A DNA stretch of 64,000 nt from Alphaproteobacteria bacterium (GCA_965261735.1 OZ253470.1:4160001-4224000); one strand, 5' to 3'; positions 31,186-42,452 are shown, counted from the stretch's first letter. Program-made: numbers and translations. The notes: generated by a model from the letters alone, not told the origin.

Positions 31186-31616
31186 ATGGAGGAGCAGGAG
31201 GGCAAGACGTGGAAAGGTACGGCGAGCGATCTCTACAACAGGCTGAAAGAGATCATCGGTGAGGCTACAGGTGCTGAGCCGACGGATGAACAGCTCGCCT
31301 CGACATTGTGGCCCTTCGGGATCGAGATCACCCGCCACAAGAGAAGCGGTGGCAGCCCACACTTAAAGATATACGCGCGGCCCGAGAGCGCTCGCAGAAT
31401 TGCGCCCATTGCGCCCATTGCGCCCAATGCAGCGGTGGCCGCGGAAAACGTGACGACGGATTGCGCCACAACACGCCCTATTGCGCCCGGCGCATCCGAG
31501 GGTGGAGGCGGAAGAGGGCGCAATGGGCGCAATGGGCGCAATTCCACGGCCTCTTTCCGGGAGACAGATGAAGGTACAAGCCCTCCACCCGCCACTAGCA
31601 ACGCGACCGGCGGGCA
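31186..31616 (+). pseudogene. possible phage/ICE replication-protein C-terminal remnant with iteron-like repeats
   Basis: WKGTASDLYNRL winged-helix-like motif followed by inverted (ATTGCGCCC)3 arrays. Confidence 0.4.
31397..31544. repeat. 29-bp perfect inverted repeat built from 9-bp units
   Basis: GAATTGCGCCCATTGCGCCCATTGCGCCC (31397-31425) versus GGGCGCAATGGGCGCAATGGGCGCAATTC (31516-31544). Confidence 0.9.
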
Positions 31617-32322
31617 TTCATGGGCGGGGTGGGGTCGCGTGTCCGTGTGCGTTCGTGCTGTATGGCGAGGAGGCCTTCATCATCGACGTGCTGGTGCACT
31701 GCTCGCCGATCGCGAGCCACCAAAAACTCGACAAGACGATCGATGACGAACAAGGTCGGCGGCGAGGGCGGGCGATGGTGATCACCAATGGGATCGAGCA
31801 TGCGCTCCGGTACTTCCACGTGATCCGCAACTAGCTGGTGGCACCCAAGAGTCGGTATCGAGCCATCTCGCCCTGGGGCTTGCCGCCTGCCAGAGAGCGT
31901 CCAGAATCGCGCGATAGCACCGTTCACAGGGCGTCGTCCACAGGAGTACACATAGTCTCGCCGGATAGCCGGACGACCGGCTTAGCGCAAACCCGTCGCG
32001 TCGTGGAGGCGGTCGAGGTGCGTAGCGCGGATTAAGAGCCGCGGGCAGGAAGCGCACGGGCTGCCCGGTCTCCTCCCGCCCGTTCTAGTTCGCGCTCGTG
32101 CACCGGCCATAGGTCGAGGCGGGTGCGTCGAGGGGGCACGGCAGACGTGCAACGGTTTCCTGCTTGAGCGTGGCGGCGATCAGGGGCGCGAACCCGTAGC
32201 GCACGCGAGTTCAGCCGCGCGAGTGTGTTCCTGTTCGTGCCCGAGGATTATCGTCCATTCCTCGTCCACCTGATGGGGTTGAAGGTGGGAATGATAATTC
32301 AATATCACGAAATAATAAATAA

Positions 32323-32335
32323 TATCAATATGTTA
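32323..32335 (+). promoter_or_regulatory. IHF-consensus site in AT-rich junction
   Basis: TATCAATATGTTA fits WATCAANNNNTTR, at the flagellin breakpoint. Confidence 0.5.
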
Positions 32336-32908
32336 TAAGGGAACGAAGGCGGACAGCGCGACCGCCGCGCCAGAGCTCGTGTTGATGACGCTGGACGCGA
32401 TTCCGAGCGAGAAGGTATCGAGCGTTTGCGCGCTCACGTTGATGACGCTGCCGTCGACGGTGCTTAGTACGGTGAGGTCGGTCGCGGCCGAGGTGATCAG
32501 ATTCTTGCCGTTGAACTCCGCGGTCTCGACGATCGTCGTAATCTGATCGCGCAGGGACAGGAAGTCGTTGTGCAGCGCGGTACGCGACGCGGAATCGAGA
32601 CCCGACTGGTTGGCCTGAACGATTTTGGCCTTCATCTCGATGAGCAGGGAGGCAACCGACTTGCCGGCGGTGATCGCCACGTTGACAGTCGATTCGCCGG
32701 TCGCCAGCGCGATCTTTACCGCCTGCATGCCGGCGATGTCACCGCGCATGTTCTGGGCGATGGCAAAGGTCGAGGGGTCGTCCTTCGGGCCGTTGACTTT
32801 GAGGCCCGTGGTGACTCTAAGCTGCGTCTGGTTGAGTTGCCGGTTGGTTGCGTTGAGGTTCTGCAGCGCGACCATCGCCGCTGCGTTCGTATTTACGGAC
32901 ATAACCAT
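32333..32908 (-). pseudogene. flagellin, C-terminally truncated
   Basis: SVNTNAAAMVALQNL..TGLKVNGPKDD, AEFNGKNL; the conserved C-terminal D0/D1 helix is missing and the ORF ends in the AT-rich junction. Confidence 0.85.
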
Positions 32909-32936
32909 GGCGTCAATTCCTCTCGCGCCCAACAAC

Positions 32937-32951
32937 GCAATGAACGTGCCA
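32937..32951 (-). promoter_or_regulatory. sigma-54 (-24/-12) promoter of flagellin
   Basis: TGGCAC-GTTCA-TTGC about 30 nt upstream of the flagellin start. Confidence 0.8.
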
Positions 32952-33186
32952 GCGCGGAGCTACCGCCGCGTAACGCGCCAAGTGTTTGAGATTGGTTAAC
33001 TGTCCGTGTCCACCCCGTCGAAGGGCCGGGCTTTCGCCGCGCTGCGGCAACATTTGCCGGGCCGTATCTTCGTGCCGCGGCTAGCGCCGGGGCCGGCGCG
33101 TGCGACCGGAATCGCCGGCTGGAGGCTTAGGCACTCACTCGCTGTGGTTGAAAACGTCGAGTTTCAGCGCGAGCTTCGGAGTGCGC

Positions 33187-34098
33187 CTAGGCTGCCATGA
33201 AGCGCGCGGCCGTTCGATGAAGGAGGGCGTGACGCCTCGCCAACCGATCGACGTCGCGGCCGTAGCCGCCGCCGGTGACGCCCGCCACCGGCACCGCGGC
33301 CGTGTGGCATGCCTGAAGGACCCGGCGCTCGCGCTCCGCGAGTCCGGAGTCGGTGAGCGCGAGGCGGCCGAGCCTGTCCTCGGCATGCGGGTCGACACCG
33401 GCGTTGAAGAACACAAGGTCGGGGCGCGCCAGAGCGATGAGGTCGTCGAGCCGGCCGCTGAGCGCCTCGAGATAGACCGAGTCGCCGGTGCCTGGGGGCA
33501 GGGCGATGTCGAGGTCGCTGCGCTGCTTGTGCGGTGGGTAGTTGGTCGCGCAATGCATCGAGAAGGTGAATACGGAGTCGTCGCCGGCAAAGATCTCGGC
33601 GGTGCCGTCACCGTGGTGCACGTCGAGATCGACGACCAGCGCGCGGCCGATTCGTCCCTCAGCCTGAAGCACGCGGATGGCGACCGCGACATCGTTGAAG
33701 ACGCAGAAGCCGGCGCCGTGGTCCGAGAATGCGTGGTGGCCACCGCCGGCCGTGCTGCAGGCGATGCCGTGATCGAGGGCGAGGCGTGCGGCCAGCACGG
33801 TTCCGCCCACCGAGGTCTCCGCGCGGAGGGTCATCGCGGGCGACAGGGGAATGCCAATGCGCCGGGACGTCGCGGGCGGCAGCGCCTGGCCGAGCACACC
33901 CTCGACGTAGCTGCGATCGTGAACGCGCTCGAGCCAGGCCTGCGGCGCCGGCTCGGGCTCGATCACCCGGTCGCGGGACGTCAGGCCGTCCTCGATCAGC
34001 ACCTCGATCAGGCGGGCAAACTTGGCAGTGGGGAAGCGACGCGCCGTGTGTAGCGACGCAACGTGGACCGGATTGTGAACGATGGGGAGGTATGGCAC
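33187..34098 (-). CDS. histone deacetylase family amidohydrolase
   Basis: AGGGHHA, GFCVFNDVA, DLDVHHGDGT, AGVDPH..DRLG, GGGY. Confidence 0.92.
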   Translation of the reverse strand: MPYLPIVHNPVHVASLHTARRFPTAKFARLIEVLIEDGLTSRDRVIEPEPAPQAWLERVHDRSYVEGVLGQALPPATSRRIGIPLSPAMTLRAETSVGGTVLAARLALDHGIACSTAGGGHHAFSDHGAGFCVFNDVAVAIRVLQAEGRIGRALVVDLDVHHGDGTAEIFAGDDSVFTFSMHCATNYPPHKQRSDLDIALPPGTGDSVYLEALSGRLDDLIALARPDLVFFNAGVDPHAEDRLGRLALTDSGLAERERRVLQACHTAAVPVAGVTGGGYGRDVDRLARRHALLHRTAARFMAA

Positions 34099-34366
34099 CG
34101 GCCCAGGATCGTCAGAACGACGAATTCGGCTCTTTGAGGAAGGCCATCTCCTCAGGCGTACTCTCTCGACCCAGCACGGTATTACGATGGGGAAACCGGC
34201 CGAACCTTTCGATGATCTCGAGGTGTCGGTGCGCCGACTGCACCGACCGCTCGGCGTTCTCGAAATCGCCCAGGCCCTCCATGAGCGCCACGGACCGGCG
34301 CTGCGCGTCAAGGCTTTCGCTGTGCTCGAAGGGGAGGTACAGAAACAGGCGCTCGAGCGCGTCTAG

Positions 34367-36013
34367 GAGCGTGCGCCGTAGAAGTTTTGATGTTGGGCGA
34401 TTGGCGCGCGGCCGCCGGAGAGGTGGGATTTTGGCCCGAGTGTGGATATCTGGCCCGCCCGACTCTGGGATGGAAATCCCAGACCGGAAGGCCGGAAGGG
34501 AAGAGATTCGCGTTTCATACGCGGTCGATGGGCACTGCGCGCCCCGGATCAAGTGCGTTGGCAGGCCAGCACCTGCCTCAGCACGTGGCCACCGTCCCCA
34601 TCCGCTTGATGTTCAACGCCAAGCACACGAGGTCCCACTCGCCGCGCACCTTCGCCAAGCCTCGCAGGCTGAATCGTCGGAATCCGAGCACCTCCTTGAT
34701 CCACCCGTTCGGCGCCTCCGAGAGCCACTTGCGTTGCGCGTACCGGGCTTTGCCCGCGGGGCTCGCCAGTTTCTCACCCATGCGGTGCGTGGCAGGGAGC
34801 CGGGCCGGGTCGACCGCCACCTGGGACTTGCCTTCACGCCCCAGCGCTACGTGCGCGTCGATGCCGCGATCTTCCAGCTCCAACAGATCCGGCTCGTTGC
34901 AGTAGCCCGCATCGGCCAGTACCACCGCAGGCTCGACCCCAAACGTCTCGTTGATCTCGTCGAGCATCCCCACCAGCTGACCCTGGTCGCTGGCCTGTGG
35001 CCCCACCTGAGTCGCGACGATGATCTGGTGCTCCCCATCGACCGCCATCTGCGCGTTGTAGCACTGCTGGAACCCCTCGCTGCTGGTCTTCATGATCTGG
35101 CTCTCGGGATCGGTGAAATTGCTCTGCGCCTTCGGCTCGGGCTCGCCGTAGGCCCGCTTGTAAGGCCGCCCGCCCCGGGGATTGCGGTCCTGCCCCGGCT
35201 CGCGCCCGCGCTCATCGTCGCGCCCGCGTTGCGCCGCCTCCAAACGCGCTTTGGCTGCCTGGATCGCCGCCAGGCGCTTCTCCCTGCGTTGCAACTCCTC
35301 GGGCAACTCGTCGCCCCGGAAATCCTCGCCCCAACGCTCGTCTTCTTCGGCGTCCACCATCCCCGCCGTCGTCAGCAGCGCCTCGATCTCCGCCTGCAAG
35401 CGAGCCGCCTCTTTGCCCATCCGCTCATAGCTCATCGCCTTGCGCTTGCTCGCGTTCGCTCGCACCTTCGTCCCGTCGACCGAGAGCTTGCCGAACCGCG
35501 CCAGTCCCATCTCGCGCGCCACCTGCACCACCCCCACAAACAGCTCGCTGAACTCCGCCAGATGTCGGCGTCGGAACTCACATACCGTGCGATGTTGCGG
35601 GAAGTTGCCCGCCGCGAGCATCCTAAACGCTACATCCTCCTCCAGCTTCCTCGCCACCGCGCGCGAGGAGAATGTGCCCGTCGCGTAGGCATAGATCAGC
35701 ACCTTGACCATCATCGACGGCTCGTAGGGGGCGTTGCGTCGACCGTCCCCCTCGTAGGGCGCATAGAACGCCGTCAAGTCCAGTGCATCGACCACATCGC
35801 TGACGTGATGAGCCAGGTGCCCTGGGGAAACCCACTCCTGCAAGTCCGGCGGCAAAAGCAAGGGTTGGTCCGGCTGGTAGGCACGAAACGTGGTCGGCAT
35901 CGGGAGTTCCCACACGCAACTGGCGTATCGGATCATACTTCCCCCTGCGCAAATCCACCCACAACCCGTCCGCTATCAACTTTGCCGCGCGGACCTTTCT
36001 GCGGCGCACGCTC
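34367..36013 (-). mobile_element. IS1182-family insertion sequence
   Basis: IRs GAGCGTGCGCCGTAGAA and TTCTGCGGCGCACGCTC; CTAG duplicated at 34363-34366 and 36014-36017. Confidence 0.92.
34578..35900 (-). CDS. IS1182-family transposase
   Basis: LLLPPDL, YAYATG.FSSR, VDGTKV.ANAS, NFTDPES, LADAGY. Confidence 0.93.
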   Translation of the reverse strand: MPTTFRAYQPDQPLLLPPDLQEWVSPGHLAHHVSDVVDALDLTAFYAPYEGDGRRNAPYEPSMMVKVLIYAYATGTFSSRAVARKLEEDVAFRMLAAGNFPQHRTVCEFRRRHLAEFSELFVGVVQVAREMGLARFGKLSVDGTKVRANASKRKAMSYERMGKEAARLQAEIEALLTTAGMVDAEEDERWGEDFRGDELPEELQRREKRLAAIQAAKARLEAAQRGRDDERGREPGQDRNPRGGRPYKRAYGEPEPKAQSNFTDPESQIMKTSSEGFQQCYNAQMAVDGEHQIIVATQVGPQASDQGQLVGMLDEINETFGVEPAVVLADAGYCNEPDLLELEDRGIDAHVALGREGKSQVAVDPARLPATHRMGEKLASPAGKARYAQRKWLSEAPNGWIKEVLGFRRFSLRGLAKVRGEWDLVCLALNIKRMGTVATC

Positions 36014-36369
36014 CTAGGTCGCGGTCGAGGCCACGCGAGAGCGCCCCGTCCGCCACCGCCGCCGCCTGCGGATCGGTCGCGAACGCGCGCGCATCACCTC
36101 GGAACATGTTGCGCGGGAACTGATCGAGCAGAAGCACCAGCGCCAGCGAGCCGCGCGCCGTCTCGCGAACGGCGTCGAGAGCCCCAGTGGCGGCCGCCTC
36201 GTGGTCGGCGAGGAAGCGCTCCCGTATCTCGGAGTCGAGATCGGGCGGGCCACGAAACCAGAACTCGCGAAAGCGACCATAATCGGCGTCGCCGAAGCGG
36301 CCAAACCAGAATAAGAGAACGTCGTCCGCGAGCCTCGCGGGTGAACCCTTCTCGGCCTCAGACATCGAC

Positions 36370-36579
36370 CTACTTTACGTCGACGATGACGAAACCCCGG
36401 TTCGCCGGTAGGCGTACATTGACCTTGCTGCGCGCCTGCTCGGGCGTTTTGGCCTCGATCTCTTCGTAGTGGATGTCGGACCAGCTGTCGTCGAAATGCT
36501 TGTGGTGTTCCCCGCGCTCGACACGCTCACGCACGACCGAGTTGTAGACCCCGACCTCGTATTTGCGGATTCGTGCCAT
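36370..36579 (-). CDS. small hypothetical protein
   Basis: MARIRKYEVGVYN...WSDIHYEEI; typical codon usage. Confidence 0.7.
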   Translation of the reverse strand: MARIRKYEVGVYNSVVRERVERGEHHKHFDDSWSDIHYEEIEAKTPEQARSKVNVRLPANRGFVIVDVK

Positions 36580-36891
36580 CGAATTCTCTTTACTGGCCCT
36601 CGCGACTGGCCCGATGCGGCGTCCCCCGACCACGACCCGCGCCGCTAACCGACGCTCGGCTCGGGGGAGCGAGGTTCGCTCCCGCCGTCATGCGGCTGCG
36701 GCTGCACGCCATCATGCGATGGCGCGAGCCGCCTGCATAGTGCACATGAACCCGCCTCGCGCTTCATGCGGCGCTCCATTCCGGCGCCGCCGCCTTTAAC
36801 AGCCAACCACCCGCCAATATACTCAGCGCAATAAGCTCCGTCGATAGGCCACGCCGCGACGGGGCTCCTTGCCGCGGCAACGAGGTGTGAG

Positions 36892-37422
36892 GTGGCCAGT
36901 CGCATCGATAGGGCCTCGGCGTTCATCGCCGGTATCGCCGTCATAAGCGGCGGCGCCTGCTACGCACTCGCCGGTACGGCCGGTGTAGCCCGCGCGTTCG
37001 CGAACGCGTTCGAACTCTTCACGCGAATCTTTCCGCTGCTCCTGATCGGCGTCGTCATGGCGGGGCTGATTCAGGTGCTGGTCTCGCACGATTTCATCAC
37101 CCGCAGGCTCGGCCGCAATTCGGGATTTGGCGGCATCCTGCTGGCGTCCGTGGCCGGGGTGGTAACGCCGGGCGGCGTGTGGTCGGCGATGCCCATGCTC
37201 GCCGCGCTCGGCGCCAGCGGCGCGGACGCCGGCGCGATGGTCGCCTATGCGACCGCCTGGTCTCTCATCGGCGTCCACCGGGTGGTGGTGTGGGAGATTC
37301 CCCTGATGGGCGCGGACTTCAGCTTGCTACGGGTGTCCGCCTCGCTGCTGTTGCCGATTGTTGCCGGGCTCATTGCCCGCCAGCTTATGCGGATCGCTCC
37401 CGCCTTGCGTCGCGGCGGCTGA
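36892..37422 (+). CDS. permease (DUF318/ArsP-like half)
   Basis: Multiple TM segments; GVVTPGG, WEIPLMG. Confidence 0.8.
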   Translation: MASRIDRASAFIAGIAVISGGACYALAGTAGVARAFANAFELFTRIFPLLLIGVVMAGLIQVLVSHDFITRRLGRNSGFGGILLASVAGVVTPGGVWSAMPMLAALGASGADAGAMVAYATAWSLIGVHRVVVWEIPLMGADFSLLRVSASLLLPIVAGLIARQLMRIAPALRRGG

Positions 37423-37425
37423 GCC

Positions 37426-37926
37426 GTGCCCCCGACCCTCGGCCTCCTCTTGCTCGCGCTCGTGGTATTGGTTGCGACCGCGGCCCTGAAGCCGGGGCGG
37501 CTGGTCGAAAAGGGGCTGGCCCTCGCTTGGCGGCAGGGGCGGATGCTGCTCGTGCGCATGCCCCTCAGCTTTGTCGCCGCGGGGTTCCTTATCGAGATCA
37601 TGCCACGCGAGACCGTGGGCGCATGGCTGGGGGCCGAAAGCGGGTTGACGGGCATTCTCGTCGCGGTCGGATTGGGCATCCTGATTCCGTCGGGACCCAT
37701 GGTGATGTTTCCCGTCGCGCTGGTCTTCCTGCAAGTCGGAGCCGGTACGCCACAAATCGTGGCTTTCATCACCGGTTGGGCGCTGCTCGCCGTCCACCGC
37801 GTCCTGCTCTGGGAGGTGCCCATGGTTGGCGCCAATTTCGCCATGGTTCGTGTTGCCTCGAGTATCGCGCTACCGCCTCTCGCGGCGATCGCCGCCGGCA
37901 TCATAGCCGCGGCCTTTCGCCCGTAA
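37426..37926 (+). CDS. permease (DUF318/ArsP-like half), paralog of the previous gene
   Basis: WLGAESG, IPSGPM, WEVPMVG. Confidence 0.8.
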   Translation: MPPTLGLLLLALVVLVATAALKPGRLVEKGLALAWRQGRMLLVRMPLSFVAAGFLIEIMPRETVGAWLGAESGLTGILVAVGLGILIPSGPMVMFPVALVFLQVGAGTPQIVAFITGWALLAVHRVLLWEVPMVGANFAMVRVASSIALPPLAAIAAGIIAAAFRP

Positions 37927-37937
37927 TGCACGAGGCG

Positions 37938-38737
37938 CTAGGCGAAGAGGCGGAGAATGGGCCCACCGGCCGCCGCCGATCCGCCGGCAGCTCCAACGTC
38001 GGGGTTTGCCGCCGCCGCCGACGGCTGTGCGGCGCGCTGGTAGGCGGCGATGGCCCGGCGCGCCCGTGGTGGTGGTGTCGACGATGGCGAGGCGGTCTCG
38101 GGGTCCCCGCGGCCAGGCTCGCCAATCCCGAGAGATTCGGCCCGCTCCGCTGCCCGTTCCTGCGCGAGTTCGGTCTGGGCGCGGGTCCGCTCGGCGGCGG
38201 CCTGGCCCGCCACCGCCCGATCCTGCCCGGATGGATCGGCCGGGGCCAGGGCGGCGCGCTTTACCATCTCCATTTTGCGTATGGTGGCGGCGGGATTGCC
38301 GCTCACCGGGCTCGCATCGACGGGAGTGGTGCCGGCGACGGCGTAGAGATGGCGGTCGGGCCCGCGCTCGGTCGAATAGGAGGGGACGCCAGCGTAGGGG
38401 CCGCCCGCGTTCGCGTGCGCCTGCTCGTGGCGGCGCACCTCGCGGTCGCGGGCCTTCATCTGGGCGACGATCCTCTTTTCCTCTTCACTGAGCTCGCCGA
38501 GCCCAGGGCCCGCCCGGGAGGAGTCGCCGAGCGCCACGATGGCCGCTGGGCCGCGTCCGTCTCTTTCTGGCGGGGTCGACAGCGTGGACGCCGCCGATCG
38601 ACTCTCGCGGCCGAAGTCCGCGCGCGATTCGGATGTAGCGCCGAGCGTCGGCGGAAGAACCGGCGCGCTGCCGAGGGGGGAGGGGATCATGGCACGATGA
38701 GGATGTGTTCGAGGGCGAGCGCCGCCGTTGTGTTCAT
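37938..38737 (-). CDS. SprA/SrpA-related putative metalloprotease (start uncertain)
   Basis: RDREVRRHEQAH, GPD..LYAVAG, RAALAPADPSGQDRAVA. Confidence 0.75.
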
Positions 38738-38849
38738 GTCCACGCCGTTGCAGTCTGGCGAAATGGGGTAAAAAATTCGTGTGTGGCCGCGACAGCAGCG
38801 GCAACGCGCGCGATTGGCTGCCGCCAAGGCGTCAGGGAATGAGGGCGCA

Positions 38850-39767
38850 ATGGGTGACAAGATCGTCGTTAACGAAGTGGGCCTTAGGGACGGGCTCCAG
38901 ATACACCCCACGTTCGTTCCCACCGCCGACAAGCTCGCGCTACTCGACGCGCTGATGGCCGCGGGGCTGCGCTCGTTCGAAGTCAGCAGCTTCGTGTCGC
39001 CCAAGGCGGTCCCGCAAATGGCCGACGCGGCGGCACTGTTCGCCGGTCTGCCGCGGCGCGCCGACGTTACCTACGCGGCTCTGGTGCCGAACGAGCGCGG
39101 TTATGAGCGGGCCGCAGAGGCGGGCGTCACCTCTGTCGCCCTGGTTCTCGCGACGACCGACACTTTCAACCGCCGCAACATCAACATGACGCTTAATCGC
39201 GCCACCGAGGTTTGCAGGCGCGTCATCGGCCGGGCTCGGACGGACGGCCTGCATGTACGGGCCTATCTCTCGGCGGCATTCGCTTGCCCCTACGAGGGCC
39301 CGACCCCGCCCGCGGTCGTCTATCGACTCGCCGCGGAGCTGTTCGATGCGGGGGCGCACGAGCTTGCGATCGGCGATACCATCGGCGCCGGAAATCCGAG
39401 CCAGGCCTCGGAGGTGTTCGGCTTTCTCGCCGGCGAGTATGGGCCCGAGCGCCTCGCTGCCCACTTCCATGACACCCGCGCGATGGGACTCGTGCTGGCT
39501 TGGGCCGCACTCGAGGCGGGCGTCCGCAAGTTCGATAGTTCGGTAGGCGGGCTCGGCGGCTGTCCCTTCGCACCAGGTGCATCGGGGAATCTTGCGACCG
39601 AGGACCTCGTCCTGATGTTGAACGAGTCGGGTTACGAGACGGGGATCGACGTGGCCGGCCTGCGCCGGGCGGTCGGTATCGCCGAAGAAATCACCGGCGC
39701 CACCCTCGGCGGGCGGGTCAGCACCTGGCTGCTGGCGCAGGAACGGCGTCGTGCCGCCGGCGCGTAG
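38850..39767 (+). CDS. hydroxymethylglutaryl-CoA lyase
   Basis: EVGLRDGLQ, SFVSPKAVPQMAD, HFHDTR, GGLGGCPFAPGASGNLATED. Confidence 0.93.
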   Translation: MGDKIVVNEVGLRDGLQIHPTFVPTADKLALLDALMAAGLRSFEVSSFVSPKAVPQMADAAALFAGLPRRADVTYAALVPNERGYERAAEAGVTSVALVLATTDTFNRRNINMTLNRATEVCRRVIGRARTDGLHVRAYLSAAFACPYEGPTPPAVVYRLAAELFDAGAHELAIGDTIGAGNPSQASEVFGFLAGEYGPERLAAHFHDTRAMGLVLAWAALEAGVRKFDSSVGGLGGCPFAPGASGNLATEDLVLMLNESGYETGIDVAGLRRAVGIAEEITGATLGGRVSTWLLAQERRRAAGA

Positions 39768-39853
39768 CAGCCCGCGCCGCGGTTAGAGTTGGGGCACCCG
39801 CCCGCGATCTGAGTCTTGCAGAAATGAAGAGCGCGTGATTTTCTTCCGCGCGC

Positions 39854-40735
39854 ATGCCCAGGCCCACGACTTCCCTCTCGCCCGCATCCACCGATGCAAC
39901 CGGCGCCACTTCCCGCAGGCCGCGCTTGAGAGCTTGGCTCGTCGCGACGACGGCGTGCCTCCTGGTCGGCGTCGCCGTACAACCCGCGCCGGCGCAGGTC
40001 GGCGCCCCCGAGACTTACGGCGACGCGATGCGCTGGTACCGAGCGGCCGCCGAGGCGGGCCAGCCGAGGGCGCAATTCTATTTGGGCCTCAAATACCAGA
40101 CCGGCCTCGGGGTCGACCGTGACCCCGCGACAGCTGTTCGCTGGTATCGGCAAGCCGCCCGTCAGGGACACCTGCAGGCGCAATTCAACCTCGCGAAGAT
40201 GCTCGTCGGTGGGGAGGGGCTCGCGCGCGACTACGGAGAGGCGAGGACGTGGTTCGAAAAGGCGGCCGAAAAGGGCTCGGCGGAGGCCGCCCATCGGCTC
40301 GCGACCCTCTATGAGGCAGGGCTCGGCGGCGAGCGCGATACCGGCAGGGCTGTGGCCTGGTACGAGCGCGCGGCCGGCGCGGGCCTTGCCGTCGCGCAAA
40401 ACAATCTCGCGATACTGCTGGCTAACGGGGACGGCGCCGAGCCGGACGCGGTGCGGGCTCTGGTGCTATTCCACAAGGCCGCGATGCAGGGCCTGGGCGA
40501 TGCCCAATTCAACCTCGGCATCATGTACGCGGGTCACGAGGGGGTCGCCCCCGATCTTGTCCAGGCGCACGTGTGGTTGAGCCTCGCCGCGGAACGGGCC
40601 AGCGACGATACGAAACCGCTCGCCAAGCAGGCGATCGATGACATCGAGCCGCTGTTGACGCCCGAGCAGCTCGACCAGGCGCGCCGCCGCGCGAGCCCCA
40701 ATCCGTGGTTGAAGGTGCCGAGCTCTGGGGACTGA
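39854..40735 (+). CDS. Sel1-like repeat secreted protein
   Basis: Five AQF.LG..Y..G.GV..D...A..WY..AA.QG repeats after a signal-like segment. Confidence 0.92.
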   Translation: MPRPTTSLSPASTDATGATSRRPRLRAWLVATTACLLVGVAVQPAPAQVGAPETYGDAMRWYRAAAEAGQPRAQFYLGLKYQTGLGVDRDPATAVRWYRQAARQGHLQAQFNLAKMLVGGEGLARDYGEARTWFEKAAEKGSAEAAHRLATLYEAGLGGERDTGRAVAWYERAAGAGLAVAQNNLAILLANGDGAEPDAVRALVLFHKAAMQGLGDAQFNLGIMYAGHEGVAPDLVQAHVWLSLAAERASDDTKPLAKQAIDDIEPLLTPEQLDQARRRASPNPWLKVPSSGD

Positions 40736-40782
40736 AGCACTTCGACGGCAGGCGTCGTCCGCCGCGTGTTCGCCCGGCGCTC

Positions 40783-41618
40783 CTACTCCAGCCGCTCGCG
40801 TTCCAGAATCCGCCACCTCGAGAGCCTGGTCTCGGCGAACTGCACGAGCTGCGTCATCAACACGCCGACGAGGCCGATCACGAGAATCGGCACGAACAGC
40901 TTGGCGGTAGCGAAGACGTTCGCGTACTTGATAATCAGGCCGCCGAGCCCGGTGATGGCGGTGAAGAACTCGGCCACGACCATGCCAATAATGGCAAGGC
41001 CGACCGACAGCCGGACTCCGGCCATGATGAAAGGCACCGACGCCGGTAGCGTGATCTTGAAGAAGATCTCTCGTTCGGAGGCGCCGAAGGCCTTGCCGAT
41101 CTCTAGGAAGGATCCGCGGACGTCTTTAATGCCGGCGTAGGTATTGATCATAACCGGGAAGATGGCGATCGAGACGAGGATCGTTACTTTTCCCGTCGTC
41201 TCCAGCCCCGCCCACAGGATCACAAGCGGAACGAGAGCGATACGCGGGATGGCATACAGCGCATTGATGAACGGATCGAGCGTGTACTCGAAAAACCACC
41301 ATTGACCGATCATCACGCCGATGATGATGCCGCCGACGATAGAGATGAACATGCCGAGGAAGAACGGAAACATGCTGGCGGCGAAGCCCTCGACGAGGTC
41401 GCCGTTGAGCAGAATCTCCCAAAACGCCGCGAAAATGGCGCTGGGGGGGGCCATGAACAGCGGGTTCGCCTGCCGGCCCGCGTACTCCCAGAAGATGAAG
41501 AAGATGGCGACCGAGACCGTTCGGATCAGATTCGGCCTATCGCGCAAGTAAGCGATGATAGCTGAGGCCGTGCTCCGCCCTTGTTTGGCGGGGGTGACGA
41601 GCTTGGTCGTCTCGAGGC

Positions 41619-41622
<4 letters not shown>
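40783..41622 (-). CDS. ABC transporter permease (SsuC/TauC type)
   Basis: IPRIALVPL, EAA-like FGASEREIF.KITLP, MVVAEFF. Confidence 0.93.

Positions 41623-42452
<830 letters not shown>

Larger units (their letters stand above)
30972..31709 (+). repeat. ~93-bp imperfect direct repeat (30972-31065, 31617-31709)
   Basis: Both copies contain GGGGTCGCGTGTC..GCGTTCGTGCTGTATGGCG..ATCATCGA.GTGCTGGTGCACTGCTCGCCGA. Confidence 0.85.
34112..36365 (-). pseudogene. DUF924 family gene split by IS1182
   Basis: 5' part LFWFG..LLLDQFPRNMFR; 3' part FLYLPFEHSE..FGRFPHRN; removing the IS and one CTAG restores the frame (..DRDLDALER..). Confidence 0.9.

Noticed and set aside
31397-31544. CRISPR array
   Set aside because: 9-bp units without spacers; no cas genes and no repeat-spacer periodicity seen anywhere in the window.
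32985-33002. CtrA box upstream of flagellin
   Set aside because: Only one TTAAC half-site; the TTAA-N7 partner is missing.
33729-36017. 762-aa plus-strand ORF and other long antisense ORFs (44507-46627, 20278-21735, 15496-16737)
   Set aside because: Shadow frames of real minus-strand genes in high-GC DNA; no motifs.
38850-39767. HMG-CoA lyase as part of the HDO pathway
   Set aside because: Opposite strand and separated by the Sel1 gene; nothing in the sequence links it.
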